From Alphaproteobacteria bacterium (GTDB taxonomy: Bacteria > Pseudomonadota > Alphaproteobacteria > SHVV01): a stretch of 64,000 nt of DNA. Position 1 is the first letter of the stretch, and every line of letters starts with the position of its first letter. Made by a program: the position numbers and the translations under genes. Under the pieces are notes generated by a model. The model worked only from the letters and a program-made list of their open reading frames with translations. It did no database searches and had not been told where the DNA came from. The stretch covers positions 2,496,001 to 2,560,000 of the forward strand of contig OZ253470.1 of the NCBI GenBank assembly GCA_965261735.1. Reading direction: 5' to 3'. Positions 39,318-48,498 of the stretch are shown here, piece after piece.

Positions 39318-40226
39318 ATGAGCATTGGCCCGGTCGATAGCGAGACCGGAAGCGACCACGCCGACTCGATCCGCCGCGACGGCCTCATGTTTGGCGCCAG
39401 CGAGCCGGGCCGGTCCCGTGCCGCCGGCACCGCCAGTACTGGCGATGCCGCCAGCGGGACTGACGCGCCCGCGGCCGCGGAGGCCGACGGGTTTTGGGGC
39501 GACGACGGCTTCACCTTCGCCGATGTCCTCGACATCATCAATCCGTTGCAGCACATCCCGGTCGTTTCGACCCTGTACCGCTCGCTTACCGGCGACACCA
39601 TAGCGCCCTCGGCTCGCCTGATGGGGGGAGCGCTGTTCGGCGGCCCCATCGGTTTCGCCAGCGCCATGATCAACTCGGTGATCGAGGGGGCCACGGGCGC
39701 CGACGCGGGTGAGCACCTCCTGGTGCTGTTGGGCCACGGCACGCCAGCGGCCGAAGGCACGCGCGTGGCTGCCGCTGCGACGCCCGCCGCCGCCAACACG
39801 CCCGTACGAACCGCGGCGCGAACGCCGCTCGTGCTCTCCGTCACGCCCCTCCCCGCATCGCCCCCGCAAGTCGCCGTGCCCACCCCGGCCGCCCCGGCCG
39901 CCCGCGCCGCGACCCCGGTACCGGCCGTACTGATCCTCGCACATGCACAAGCCGCGGCCGAGGGCGCAGTAGCCGGCTCAAAGGGCGGCGTTCCCACGAT
40001 TTCCGCGGCACAGGCCGGCGGCATCGCCGTGTGGCAGCCAATGTTGAAGGCGCCGTTGTCGCTGCCGGTGAGTGCGGTCAAGGATACGGCGTCGGAGGTC
40101 GAGGCTCACGCCGAGACGGGCCGCAAGCGTCGGGCGGAGGAGTTCACCGCCCAGGAACTCGCCCAGCGCCTTAGGCTCTACGCCTCACGCCGCGAATCCA
40201 TAGGTCCGAGCGCAAAGCTATACTGA
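39318..40226 (+). CDS. Hypothetical protein with a conserved-looking core and Ala/Pro-rich tail
   Basis: GFTFADVLDIINPLQHIPVVSTLYR.LTGD.I...GGALFGGP; GAGGAG SD. Confidence 0.75.
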   Translation: MSIGPVDSETGSDHADSIRRDGLMFGASEPGRSRAAGTASTGDAASGTDAPAAAEADGFWGDDGFTFADVLDIINPLQHIPVVSTLYRSLTGDTIAPSARLMGGALFGGPIGFASAMINSVIEGATGADAGEHLLVLLGHGTPAAEGTRVAAAATPAAANTPVRTAARTPLVLSVTPLPASPPQVAVPTPAAPAARAATPVPAVLILAHAQAAAEGAVAGSKGGVPTISAAQAGGIAVWQPMLKAPLSLPVSAVKDTASEVEAHAETGRKRRAEEFTAQELAQRLRLYASRRESIGPSAKLY

Positions 40227-40249
40227 CTGGGTCTTGACCGGAGCGGGGC

Positions 40250-40750
40250 ATGGCGCTCATCACGGTGGCAGCCGATGGCCGGCTGGATTGGCGGGGCCGC
40301 GCGTACCGATGCGCCATTGGCGCCGCCGGCATCACGGACAACAAACGCGAAGGGGACGGCGCGACGCCAACGGGCTATCACCGTTTGCGCCGGGTCCTTT
40401 TTCGTCCGGACCGCAGGGCGCGCCCGGCCACTCGGCTCGAAGCGGCTGCGCTCGCGCCTGACGATGCGTGGTGCGACGACCCCCGTGACGCAGCCTACAA
40501 CCGGCCGGTCAAGTTGCCCCATTCGGGACATAGCGAAGCGCTGTGGCGCCCGGACAGCCTATACGACTTGGTCGCCGTCCTCGGCTACAACGACGACCCC
40601 GTGGCGCCCGGGCGGGGAAGCGCCATCTTCCTCCACGTCGCCGCGCCGGATTTCGCGGGCACGCGCGGCTGTATTGCCGTTGCGCGCGAGGATCTTCTAA
40701 CGATTCTCGCGCAGTCCAGCGCGGCCGATAGCCTGTTCGTGCGGGCCTAG
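40250..40750 (+). CDS. L,D-transpeptidase (YkuD) family protein
   Basis: KREGDGATP.G, WCDDP, GSAIFLH...TRGC. Confidence 0.88.
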   Translation: MALITVAADGRLDWRGRAYRCAIGAAGITDNKREGDGATPTGYHRLRRVLFRPDRRARPATRLEAAALAPDDAWCDDPRDAAYNRPVKLPHSGHSEALWRPDSLYDLVAVLGYNDDPVAPGRGSAIFLHVAAPDFAGTRGCIAVAREDLLTILAQSSAADSLFVRA

Positions 40751-40781
40751 CCTAGTTACCTTTTTGCGCGGGTCCGCGCGT

Positions 40782-40875
40782 CACCCCCTCCCAACCCTCC
40801 CCCATCGAGGGAGAGGGCTAAGAGTTTGACATCGCACCATAATTTCCCCTCCCCTCGTGGGAGGGGGAAGGGGGA
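40782..40875. repeat. Intergenic C/G-run palindromic repeat, copy 1
   Basis: CCCCCTCCCAACCCTCCCCCATCGAGGGAGAGGG ... CCCTCCCCTCGTGGGAGGGGGAAGGGG. Confidence 0.7.
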
Positions 40876-40954
40876 CGAATCGAACAGGGGAAGGGGCCAA
40901 TAATGAGCCGCCTTCCTGTGGGACCAGGTTACCAGACGGTCGTGACGTCGCGCG

Positions 40955-41656
40955 CTAGGCGCCGCGGGGGCCGAAGATGGCGGTGCCGACGCGCACGTGG
41001 ATCGCGCCGAACGCGATCGCCACCTCGAAATCGGCGCTCATGCCCATGCTGAGCTTGGTCAGGCCATTGCGGCGTGCGATCTCGCGAAGCAACGCAAAGT
41101 GGAGCGACGGCTCCTCCTCGAGCGGCGGGATACACATCAGTCCACCGACCGCAAGGCCGTAGTCGTCGCGGCAGGCGGCGATGAAGGCATCGGCGGCTTC
41201 CGGCCACACGCCCGCCTTTTGCTCCTCCTCGCCGGTGTTGACCTCGACGAAGCACTCGGGTCGACGGCCGCTGCGATCCATCTCGCGGGCCAGCGCGCCC
41301 GCTAGCTTGGGCCGGTCGAGGGTCTCGACGACATCGAACAGCGCCACCGCCTGGGCCACCTTGTTGGTCTGGAGCGGGCCGATGAGATGGAGGGCGATGT
41401 CGGGATGGGCCGCCTTGAGGGCGGGCCACTTGGCGTCGGCCTCCTGCACCCGGTTCTCGCCGAAACGGCGCTGCCCCGCGGCCAGTGCCGGCAGAATGCG
41501 CTCCGACGCGTGGGTCTTGGTGACGGCCACGAGCTCTACGCTGCCGGGGTCGCGGCCGCATCCCCGAGCGGCCGCCGTGATACGCTCACGCACAGCCGTC
41601 AATCCGGCGGCAACATCATGAGTGGGGGCGGAGGTTTGCAGGCCGGCCTCGGCCAT
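40955..41656 (-). CDS. yggS: PLP homeostasis protein
   Basis: LVAVTK, FGENRVQE, HLIGPLQTNK, LSMGMS.DF, RVGTAIFG.R. Confidence 0.95.
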   Translation of the reverse strand: MAEAGLQTSAPTHDVAAGLTAVRERITAAARGCGRDPGSVELVAVTKTHASERILPALAAGQRRFGENRVQEADAKWPALKAAHPDIALHLIGPLQTNKVAQAVALFDVVETLDRPKLAGALAREMDRSGRRPECFVEVNTGEEEQKAGVWPEAADAFIAACRDDYGLAVGGLMCIPPLEEEPSLHFALLREIARRNGLTKLSMGMSADFEVAIAFGAIHVRVGTAIFGPRGA

Positions 41657-42326
41657 GGCAGTGTCGGCGGCTCAGATCATGAGGCTAGCAGCGATCGCCC
41701 GTCAACTCAACGCGCCCCGCGGCGCGGCGCGGCGGTTGCCGTCGCTGGTCCTCGTCACCGATGCCGAGCGCCTCGTCGACCCCGTCCCGGCGGCCGGGCG
41801 CCTGCCGCGCGGGAGCGCGGTCATCTTGCGTCACTACGGTGCCGCCGGGCGCGCCGCGCTCGCGCGCCGGCTGGCTCGGCTGTGCCGCGCGCGCGGTCTC
41901 GTGCTACTCGTCGCCGGTGACGCCAGGCTCGCCGCCGCTGTCGGCGCCGGCGGCATCCACCTGCGCGAGCGAGAGATCAGGCGCGCGAGTGATTGGCGCC
42001 GGCGGCGGCCGACCTGGTTGATCACCGTGGCCGCCCACTCGCGGGCTTCACTGGTTGCCGCGCACCGCGCCGGTGCCGACGCCGCCCTGCTCGCCCCCGT
42101 TTTCACGACGGCGAGCCATCCCGGGGCCCCCACCCTGGGTCCCGTCCGGTTCGCGGCCCTGGCGTGCGCCAGCCCCTTGCCGGTTATCGCCTTGGGTGGG
42201 ATCGATGCCCGGACCGCGCCGCGCCTCAAGGCGAGCGGCGCCGCGGGTCTTGCGGCGATAAGCGGCCTTGCGGGCGGCGCGGCGCTCAGTTCGTGCGCAA
42301 CGCGAAATGCGCGAGGACGTAGCTGA
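41655..42326 (+). CDS. Thiamine phosphate synthase/TenI family protein (start 41655 or 41679)
   Basis: VILRHY, GIHL, AAHS, PVF.T.SHPG, IALGGI. Confidence 0.82.
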   Translation: MAVSAAQIMRLAAIARQLNAPRGAARRLPSLVLVTDAERLVDPVPAAGRLPRGSAVILRHYGAAGRAALARRLARLCRARGLVLLVAGDARLAAAVGAGGIHLREREIRRASDWRRRRPTWLITVAAHSRASLVAAHRAGADAALLAPVFTTASHPGAPTLGPVRFAALACASPLPVIALGGIDARTAPRLKASGAAGLAAISGLAGGAALSSCATRNARGRS

Positions 42327-43926
42327 CGATCTGTTCGACGCACTCGGTCTCGTTGAATTGCGCGGTGTCGACGACGAGTTCGGCGCGCTCGGGCGCCTCG
42401 TAGGGCGCCGAGATGCCGGTGAAGTCGGCGATCTCGCCGGCCCGCGCCTTCTTGTAGAGACCCTTGGGGTCACGGGTCTCGCAGGTTTCCAGGCTGCACT
42501 TGACGTAGATCTCGTGGAACCCCGCGGGCAGCGCCGCGCGCGCTCGGTCACGGTCCGAGCGGTAGGGCGAGATGAAGGCGGTAACCGTAATCATGCCGGC
42601 TTGGGCGAACAGCGCCGCAGCCTCGCCGATCCGGCGAATGTTTTCCGCGCGATCCTCCGGGGAAAACCCGAGATTGGCGTTGAGGCCATGGCGCACGTTG
42701 TCGCCGTCGAGGATATGAATATGGTAGCCGCGGCTGAACAGCTCCTTCTCCAGCGCTATGGCCAACGTCGACTTGCCGGATCCCGACAGTCCTGTGAGCC
42801 ACAGGACGCCACCTCGGTGGCCGTTGCGGGCGGCCCGCATGTCGTCGCTCACCCGATGCTCGACCCGCGCGACGTTGGTGGCGCGCACCGTAATCAGATC
42901 GCGCTGGTCGGCATAGCCGCGCATGCTGACGCGTCCGCCGCCGACCAGGACGCCGTCGTCGTAGAGCAGGAACCGGCCGGTGGCGGCGCACGCCTCGAAG
43001 GGATCGAGGGCGATCATCTCGGAGACGCGGAGCACGGCCTCGAGGTTTCCGGCGGGCTCGCTTTCGGAGACCGACTGCACGCTGACGGGCAGTTCGCGTC
43101 CGTGGAGGCGCAGCGTGTAGCTGGCGCCGGCCGCGGGCGGCGTCGCGCCGAGCCAGCACAACTGCCCGAGGAAGACGTCGGTCTCTACCGGTAGCGTGAC
43201 CATGTGGCTCGCGAGGTCGCCGGGGCGCGGCACTACGTGCTGATCGATGTCGAGATCGGCGAGCTCGCCTCTGTCGGCCTCGCCCGCCGGCCGACCGGCA
43301 ACGTGCAGCCGCACGACCTCGGCCTCGCGATTCGACGGCGACAGTACCAATCGATCGCCCACGCCGACGCGGCCGCTGACGACGCGAGCGGTCAAGGCGG
43401 CGCCCGATTCGGTCTCGCTCGCGGCCTCGATGACGGCGCGCAAGGGTGCCTCTCTACGCGCCGCGGAAACGAGCTCGCCGAGCGCCGCCTTAAGGGATGC
43501 GGCGTCGCTATCAAGTGGCAGAACGAACAGGGGCGCGATGCCGTGCACCTCGAACAAGGAGGCGACTGGGCGCTCGCCAGCCGCGACGACGCCGAGCGGG
43601 GAGACGCCGAACTGGCCGAGAATGGCCGCCAGCCCACGAATCGCGTCTTCGGTCGTGTCGTCGAGTACGCAGATCGCGGCATCGACGACGCCGTTCGCGG
43701 CAACGGCCGTGAGAATGCCGGGATGATCGTTAGCCTCAATGAGGCGGTAGCGGCCGTACTCAAGCCTGACTATGGGCGTAGCCCCAGGCCGTCGGGTGGC
43801 GAGCGCGGCGTCGAGCGCGGCGGCAGCGCCTTCGCGACCAACGACGAGAACCGCGCGCGCCGCGTGAGCGGCTTCAACGGGCGCCCGCAGACGATGCTCC
43901 TTCTTCTTGGCGACGGGCTCTTTCAC
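42286..43926 (-). CDS. cysC: Adenylyl-sulfate kinase fused to degenerate CysN domains (start uncertain)
   Basis: Intact kinase motifs [31 protein letters not shown]; EF-Tu-like domains II/III; G-domain motifs lost. Confidence 0.85.
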   Translation of the reverse strand: MKEPVAKKKEHRLRAPVEAAHAARAVLVVGREGAAAALDAALATRRPGATPIVRLEYGRYRLIEANDHPGILTAVAANGVVDAAICVLDDTTEDAIRGLAAILGQFGVSPLGVVAAGERPVASLFEVHGIAPLFVLPLDSDAASLKAALGELVSAARREAPLRAVIEAASETESGAALTARVVSGRVGVGDRLVLSPSNREAEVVRLHVAGRPAGEADRGELADLDIDQHVVPRPGDLASHMVTLPVETDVFLGQLCWLGATPPAAGASYTLRLHGRELPVSVQSVSESEPAGNLEAVLRVSEMIALDPFEACAATGRFLLYDDGVLVGGGRVSMRGYADQRDLITVRATNVARVEHRVSDDMRAARNGHRGGVLWLTGLSGSGKSTLAIALEKELFSRGYHIHILDGDNVRHGLNANLGFSPEDRAENIRRIGEAAALFAQAGMITVTAFISPYRSDRDRARAALPAGFHEIYVKCSLETCETRDPKGLYKKARAGEIADFTGISAPYEAPERAELVVDTAQFNETECVEQIVSYVLAHFALRTN

Positions 43927-44108
43927 GCCGGCCGCACCCCCTCTGCGCCATCGCTTGGTTAAAGAATGGTCCGGCAACCGCCGACCGGCGCAAGAAAGAC
44001 GACGACGGCCCTTTAAGTCAAGCGACCGACTGCCGTCGCGGCCCGCTTCCTTGCGCGCCGCGAAGGCCCCGGACTAGACTGGCGCACTCCGCTTGGGTCG
44101 GCAAAGCA

Positions 44109-44684
44109 ATGCGTCTCAACCTCGGCTGCGGCTTCGACAAGAGGGAGGGCTACGTCAACGTCGACAGGAATCCGGCCTGCGAGCCCGATCAGCTGCTGGA
44201 CTTCGATGCCATGCCGTGGCCGTGGCCCGACAGCTCCGCGGACGAACTGCTGCTGAAGCACGTTCTCGAGCACCTGGGCGCCGATCCCGGCGCCTATCTC
44301 GGCACCATCAAGGAGATGTGGCGCATCCTCAAGCCCGGGGGCACGGCCACGGTCACCGTGCCGCACCCGCGCCACGACCATTTCATCAACGATCCGACCC
44401 ACGTTCGCGCCATCACCCCGGCCGGGCTCGAGCTGTTCTCGCAGGCCAAGAACCGCGAGTGGATCGATAAGGGACTGGGCAACTCGCCGCTCGGCCTCGA
44501 GACCGGTATCGATTTCGAGATCGATTCAGTGAGCTTCGTGCCCGATGAGCCGTGGCGCGGCCGCTTCCAGCGCGGCGAGATCGAGACGGCGGAACTCACG
44601 AAGGCCGCCCGCATGTACAACAATGTCATCGTCGAGACGACCATCGTCCTGCGCGCCGTGAAGCCGGCCTCGGGCCCGACGTGA
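44109..44684 (+). CDS. SAM-dependent methyltransferase domain protein
   Basis: LNLGCG, HVLEH, EMWRILKPGG, DPTHVR. Confidence 0.85.
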   Translation: MRLNLGCGFDKREGYVNVDRNPACEPDQLLDFDAMPWPWPDSSADELLLKHVLEHLGADPGAYLGTIKEMWRILKPGGTATVTVPHPRHDHFINDPTHVRAITPAGLELFSQAKNREWIDKGLGNSPLGLETGIDFEIDSVSFVPDEPWRGRFQRGEIETAELTKAARMYNNVIVETTIVLRAVKPASGPT

Positions 44685-45952
44685 CGCAGGGGCGTGCCCC
44701 CTCGCATGGCGGGACGGCGGCGCGGTCGGTGACCTCGACGCCGCTGCTCGAGTTCGCGGCGACCGCCGATTTCCACTTTCGCCAACCCAACGCCTCGGCC
44801 GAGGCAGCCCAGCACGGCCGCGGCGGTGAGCGCTTTTTCACGACCTCGGAACAGTTCGCCAATCGCGCGCTCGCCGCCAACCCGGGACAGTTCCGAATCC
44901 TCAGCACGCGGCGCCAGGTTCGGGCGCTGGCCCGCGAGCGCTGGGCCCACACCTACTATGCCGGCAAGCGGGTGCTGTTCCTCCTGCCCTCCCAGGCGCT
45001 CGGCAGCAACGTGGCGACGCTCTTGTTCCTGCAGGCCTTCATCGAGCGCCATGCGCCGGGCGAGATTGGGGTCTTTTGCGCGCGCGCCGCGGTCGACATC
45101 TTTCGCACCAGCGACGCCGTTACCGTCTATCCCCTGTGGATCGAGCGGCGCGAGCTGGCGAGCTGGAACGTGGTCATCGATCTCGGCCAGCTCGAGAGCC
45201 GGCGCGACATCGAAGTTTGCCCGGTCGACATGGAGGCGGACCTGCTCGAGGCTTTCGAGCTCGAGCCCGCCCGCCGTTACGGCCCCGATGCGCGCCCGTT
45301 CGTGCAGGGCGATGGCGCTCGGATCGGGATATTGCCGCTGGCGTCGTCACCGCTGCGCACGCTTCCGCCGGCGGTCACCGAGGCGTTGTGCGCGGCGCTG
45401 GCGCCGCGCGGCGCCGTGACCCTGTGCCTCAACCGCAACCAGCATCAGGGCGTGCTTTACCGCCAGGTGCTCGCGGGCAGGCTCGCGGACCACGTCGAAA
45501 TCATCGACGCGTTCGATTCGATCGCCGAGCTGCTCGCGGCGATCGAGTCGTTCGACTACGCGGTGTTGGCCGACAGTGGCCCGGCCCACATGACCAAGCT
45601 GTTCGTAACGCCAGGGGTCGCCGTGTTTACCTCAGCACCGGGCGAGGTATTGCAGGGCCGCTTTACCAACCTCGCGCGCTGGACGGTACCCTTCGCGGGG
45701 CCCCATTGCCGCGCTCCCTGCGGGCTCGCCAAGCTGCGCCAGACTGTGGACGGTAGGGTTGGCTGCATGGGCTCGCTCGGCGTGGCGCTCGATGTGTTGC
45801 CGGAAGTGCCGAGGCGGCGCGACGATGCCTTGACCGAGCGGCTGCTGCTCGCCGAGCCGGTACCTTGTGTCGGCGCGCTTGCCGCCGATCCGACGCCGCT
45901 CGTTGACTTCGTGATCGCCGACATAGACCGTCGCGCCGGTCAGGGCAGGTAG
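44681..45952 (+). CDS. GT9 (heptosyltransferase-like) protein
   Basis: ASSPLR, ADSGPAHM, Cys-rich C-terminus; GTGA overlap with the upstream gene. Confidence 0.65.
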   Translation: MTQGRAPSHGGTAARSVTSTPLLEFAATADFHFRQPNASAEAAQHGRGGERFFTTSEQFANRALAANPGQFRILSTRRQVRALARERWAHTYYAGKRVLFLLPSQALGSNVATLLFLQAFIERHAPGEIGVFCARAAVDIFRTSDAVTVYPLWIERRELASWNVVIDLGQLESRRDIEVCPVDMEADLLEAFELEPARRYGPDARPFVQGDGARIGILPLASSPLRTLPPAVTEALCAALAPRGAVTLCLNRNQHQGVLYRQVLAGRLADHVEIIDAFDSIAELLAAIESFDYAVLADSGPAHMTKLFVTPGVAVFTSAPGEVLQGRFTNLARWTVPFAGPHCRAPCGLAKLRQTVDGRVGCMGSLGVALDVLPEVPRRRDDALTERLLLAEPVPCVGALAADPTPLVDFVIADIDRRAGQGR

Positions 45953-46767
45953 CCGAAGCGCTCCATCTGCTCGGCGTTGGCGGCAACCACGGCGTCGAGC
46001 TGCGCGGGGCTGAGTGCCTGGCGCCATTGGCCCGATCTGCCGACACGAAAGAAGTGCTCGGCGTGGGGGCTGCGCTCACCGAAGCCGTGACGATCCTCCT
46101 GCTGGCGCAGTGCCTTGAACGAGGAGAACTTGATCGCCCGCTTGAGCCGCTCGCGCGGCGGCGACAGCCCTAGGAACCGGGCTGTCGCGGAAAACGTCTT
46201 TTGCGCCGTCGCTTGCATGTCCTCGTAGCGGACAACGTGGAGCCCCCCATGAGGTTGCTGGGTCCAGCTCTTCACATGGTTCGACCACGAGGTGACGCCG
46301 ATCACCACGTGCTGATTGTGCGAGACCGAGGCAAAGTCGCGGTCGTTCAGCGCCTCGATCGCCCGATCGAGGGTGAGGCCGAAGTGCGGGGCCATCGAGA
46401 CCACCACGTCGAGCGGGTTACGCACGACGTAGATGGCGCCCACGGTGTGGTCCATGGTGATGAGCGGGACACCCTGGTCCTCGCCAAGATAGTTGTGGGT
46501 CTTGACGAACACGGAGTCGGCCGAGGTCCGCGCCATGCGCGCATGCACGCGCAAGCGCAGCGCCGCCATCTCGGCCCGGCTCAAGCCCTTGGCGGGACGG
46601 CCGGCCTCGGCCTCGTACCAGGAGTCGGCCGCATCGTCCAGGGTGAAGCGGCCGAGGTCGTTGACGTCCGCCGGGGCTAGCGTGTCGAGAAATAGGTTGT
46701 GCAGGAAGGCGCGCAGCCAGGTGTTACCCGATTTGGGGTAGGAGGCGAGCCAAATGATGCCGCCCAT
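45940..46767 (-). CDS. PAPS-dependent sulfotransferase
   Basis: WLASYPKSGNTW, KTH, VRNPLDV..S, RYED, FFR.G..GQW. Confidence 0.93.
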   Translation of the reverse strand: MGGIIWLASYPKSGNTWLRAFLHNLFLDTLAPADVNDLGRFTLDDAADSWYEAEAGRPAKGLSRAEMAALRLRVHARMARTSADSVFVKTHNYLGEDQGVPLITMDHTVGAIYVVRNPLDVVVSMAPHFGLTLDRAIEALNDRDFASVSHNQHVVIGVTSWSNHVKSWTQQPHGGLHVVRYEDMQATAQKTFSATARFLGLSPPRERLKRAIKFSSFKALRQQEDRHGFGERSPHAEHFFRVGRSGQWRQALSPAQLDAVVAANAEQMERFGYLP

Positions 46768-46866
46768 GGCCAATCGATACGCTGTTTTGGTTTCGCCCGC
46801 CCGGTTCGCGCCGGGCACTCTAGGCGTTCGCGGCCCCGGCAGCCAGCTTTTCCGGGGTTGGGCGAG

Positions 46867-47006
46867 ACCCCCCTCCCTAACCCTCCCCCACCAAAAGGGG
46901 GGAGGGGACAACGCCGAGTCGGCAGGAGGCGATTTGCGCCACCGGAGGAGATGATTTCACCCCATGATCCCCCCTCCCCTTGTGGGAGGGGGTAGGGGAA
47001 AGGGGG
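46867..47006. repeat. Intergenic C/G-run palindromic repeat, copy 2
   Basis: CCCCCTCCCTAACCCTCCCCCACCAAAAGGGGGGAGGGG ... CCCCTCCCCTTGTGGGAGGGGGTAGGGGAAAGGGGG. Confidence 0.7.
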
Positions 47007-47071
47007 CCGATGCGTTAAGTAGGATCGGGCGCCCCGCGCAATGTCCGAGGACCGCGTGCGTAAGACGTGAG

Positions 47072-47100
47072 GTAGGGGCGGTTTTGACACCCGCCCCTAC
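47072..47100. repeat. GTAG-type REP palindrome
   Basis: GTAGGGGCGG-N9-CCGCCCCTAC. Confidence 0.65.
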
Positions 47101-47151
47101 CCGTTACCCCCCACCATGCCTTTGAACGCTGTGCTTGACGGATGTGCGCAC

Positions 47152-47182
47152 AAAAAGAAGGGCGGACCGAAGTCCGCCCTTC
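47152..47182 (-). terminator. Rho-independent terminator of the porin gene
   Basis: GAAGGGCGGAC-TTCG-GTCCGCCCTTC followed by TTTTT on the minus strand. Confidence 0.88.
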
Positions 47183-47208
47183 CCCATCTCTGAAGATGTT
47201 GGCGTAAG

Positions 47209-48306
47209 CTAGAAGCTCAGGCGCGTGCCGACAGTGACCGTGGTCGCCGTCTGTTCCGCCGTGGCGGTACCGGCGTTGTCGTGCCAGTCGTAGTTCTTCA
47301 CGCCGGCCCTGAGCGTCATCCCCGGACCATAGGCGTAGTTGACGCCGATGCCGAGAACCGAGAGTCCGTCCTCGCCCGCCTCCTGGTTGGCGTAGCCGAT
47401 CCCGAAAGTCATTGCGCCCATTCGGTAACTGCCGGAGGCCGCCCAGGCTTCGATGTTGGTATCACCCGTTTTGCCCTGGTCGTCCTCGCGGTAGCCTGCG
47501 CCAATGGTGAAAGCGCCAAAGCCGAGGTTGGCGTGGACGGACCAATCGTTCCGGTCCTCCAGCGTCGCCTCCGCATTTTGCGCCTCGAGATTGCCGGACG
47601 AGGCACCAGCCGAGATCGAGAGGTTCACATCGCCGAACTTCTGCCGGAAGTTGCCGCCGATTTCAATGATCTCCGACTGCTGTGCGGCCTCATTGTCCGC
47701 CGGTAGCCGTGTATTTTTGCAGTTCTTCTTCCCCGCCTGGCAGAACTCCGGCATGTAGGAGATGCCGACCTGCAAGCCGCCGATCCTCGGCGTGAAGTAG
47801 TTCACCTTCTCGCGGTCGCCCGACACGAAGTAACCGCCGTAGGTAACCACACTGCCCACTTGGTTGTCGACCGGCGTGTTGGGCCAGATGACGGTCGCGA
47901 AGTCGGGTCCGCCGCCGCCGAAGGCAGACGGGTTGAAGACGTGCGTACGGGCATGGGCACCGTCGATGGCGCCGAACTCGAGGCGTCCGAACGCACCATC
48001 GAAGTAAATATAACTTTCGTCGATCTGATCGGCGCAGACCTCGGCCTCGAGCTGGACGTTGACGCCGACGGTGATGCCGTTGTCGAGCTCCGTCTCGCCG
48101 CGGAAGTAGATTTCCGCCTCACGGTAGAAGCCATGATTGCGCCGGTTTTCGCCGGCCTCGCCGGCACCGTCGTCCTTGTTGGCGTAGCCCCAGTAGGCCT
48201 GGAAATAGCCCCCCAGGGAGAGCTTGATCGGGTCGGCGGCCTGTGCCGGTGCGCCGATCGCGCCTGCGGCCACGAGCGCCGTCGTTCCTAAGAGCAGTCT
48301 CTTCAT
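47209..48306 (-). CDS. Outer membrane porin
   Basis: MKRLLLGTTAL signal, GETELDNG, IDE.YIY..G.FG, YFTPR, C-terminal Phe. Confidence 0.92.
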   Translation of the reverse strand: MKRLLLGTTALVAAGAIGAPAQAADPIKLSLGGYFQAYWGYANKDDGAGEAGENRRNHGFYREAEIYFRGETELDNGITVGVNVQLEAEVCADQIDESYIYFDGAFGRLEFGAIDGAHARTHVFNPSAFGGGGPDFATVIWPNTPVDNQVGSVVTYGGYFVSGDREKVNYFTPRIGGLQVGISYMPEFCQAGKKNCKNTRLPADNEAAQQSEIIEIGGNFRQKFGDVNLSISAGASSGNLEAQNAEATLEDRNDWSVHANLGFGAFTIGAGYREDDQGKTGDTNIEAWAASGSYRMGAMTFGIGYANQEAGEDGLSVLGIGVNYAYGPGMTLRAGVKNYDWHDNAGTATAEQTATTVTVGTRLSF

Positions 48307-48498
48307 TGTTACCCCTCTCCCATGAAACGGCAACGCACCCCCCAAGGCGCGCGGCCTGTCATCAACTGGCAGCATAGAGCCTGTTCGCTGCCTTTGCGTC
48401 AAGTGCCGCGGGCGCGGCTTATGCCAGTTTTCGCGCAGTGTTGCGATTTGGCAACTATCGGGCACGCCCTCTGGCGCGCCCTTTTGCGCCTCATGGGA

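Noticed and set aside
40826-40843. TTGACA and CATAAT inside the repeat spacer
   Set aside because: Only about 6 nt apart, so not a sigma70 promoter.
40840-47010. KOPS-like GGGNAGGG octamers as a polarity signal
   Set aside because: They occur on both strands within palindromic repeats and are uninformative without a genome-wide count.
48472-48487. Sigma54-like TGGCGCG...TTGC
   Set aside because: GG-GC spacing is 11 nt rather than 10, and it faces away from the porin.
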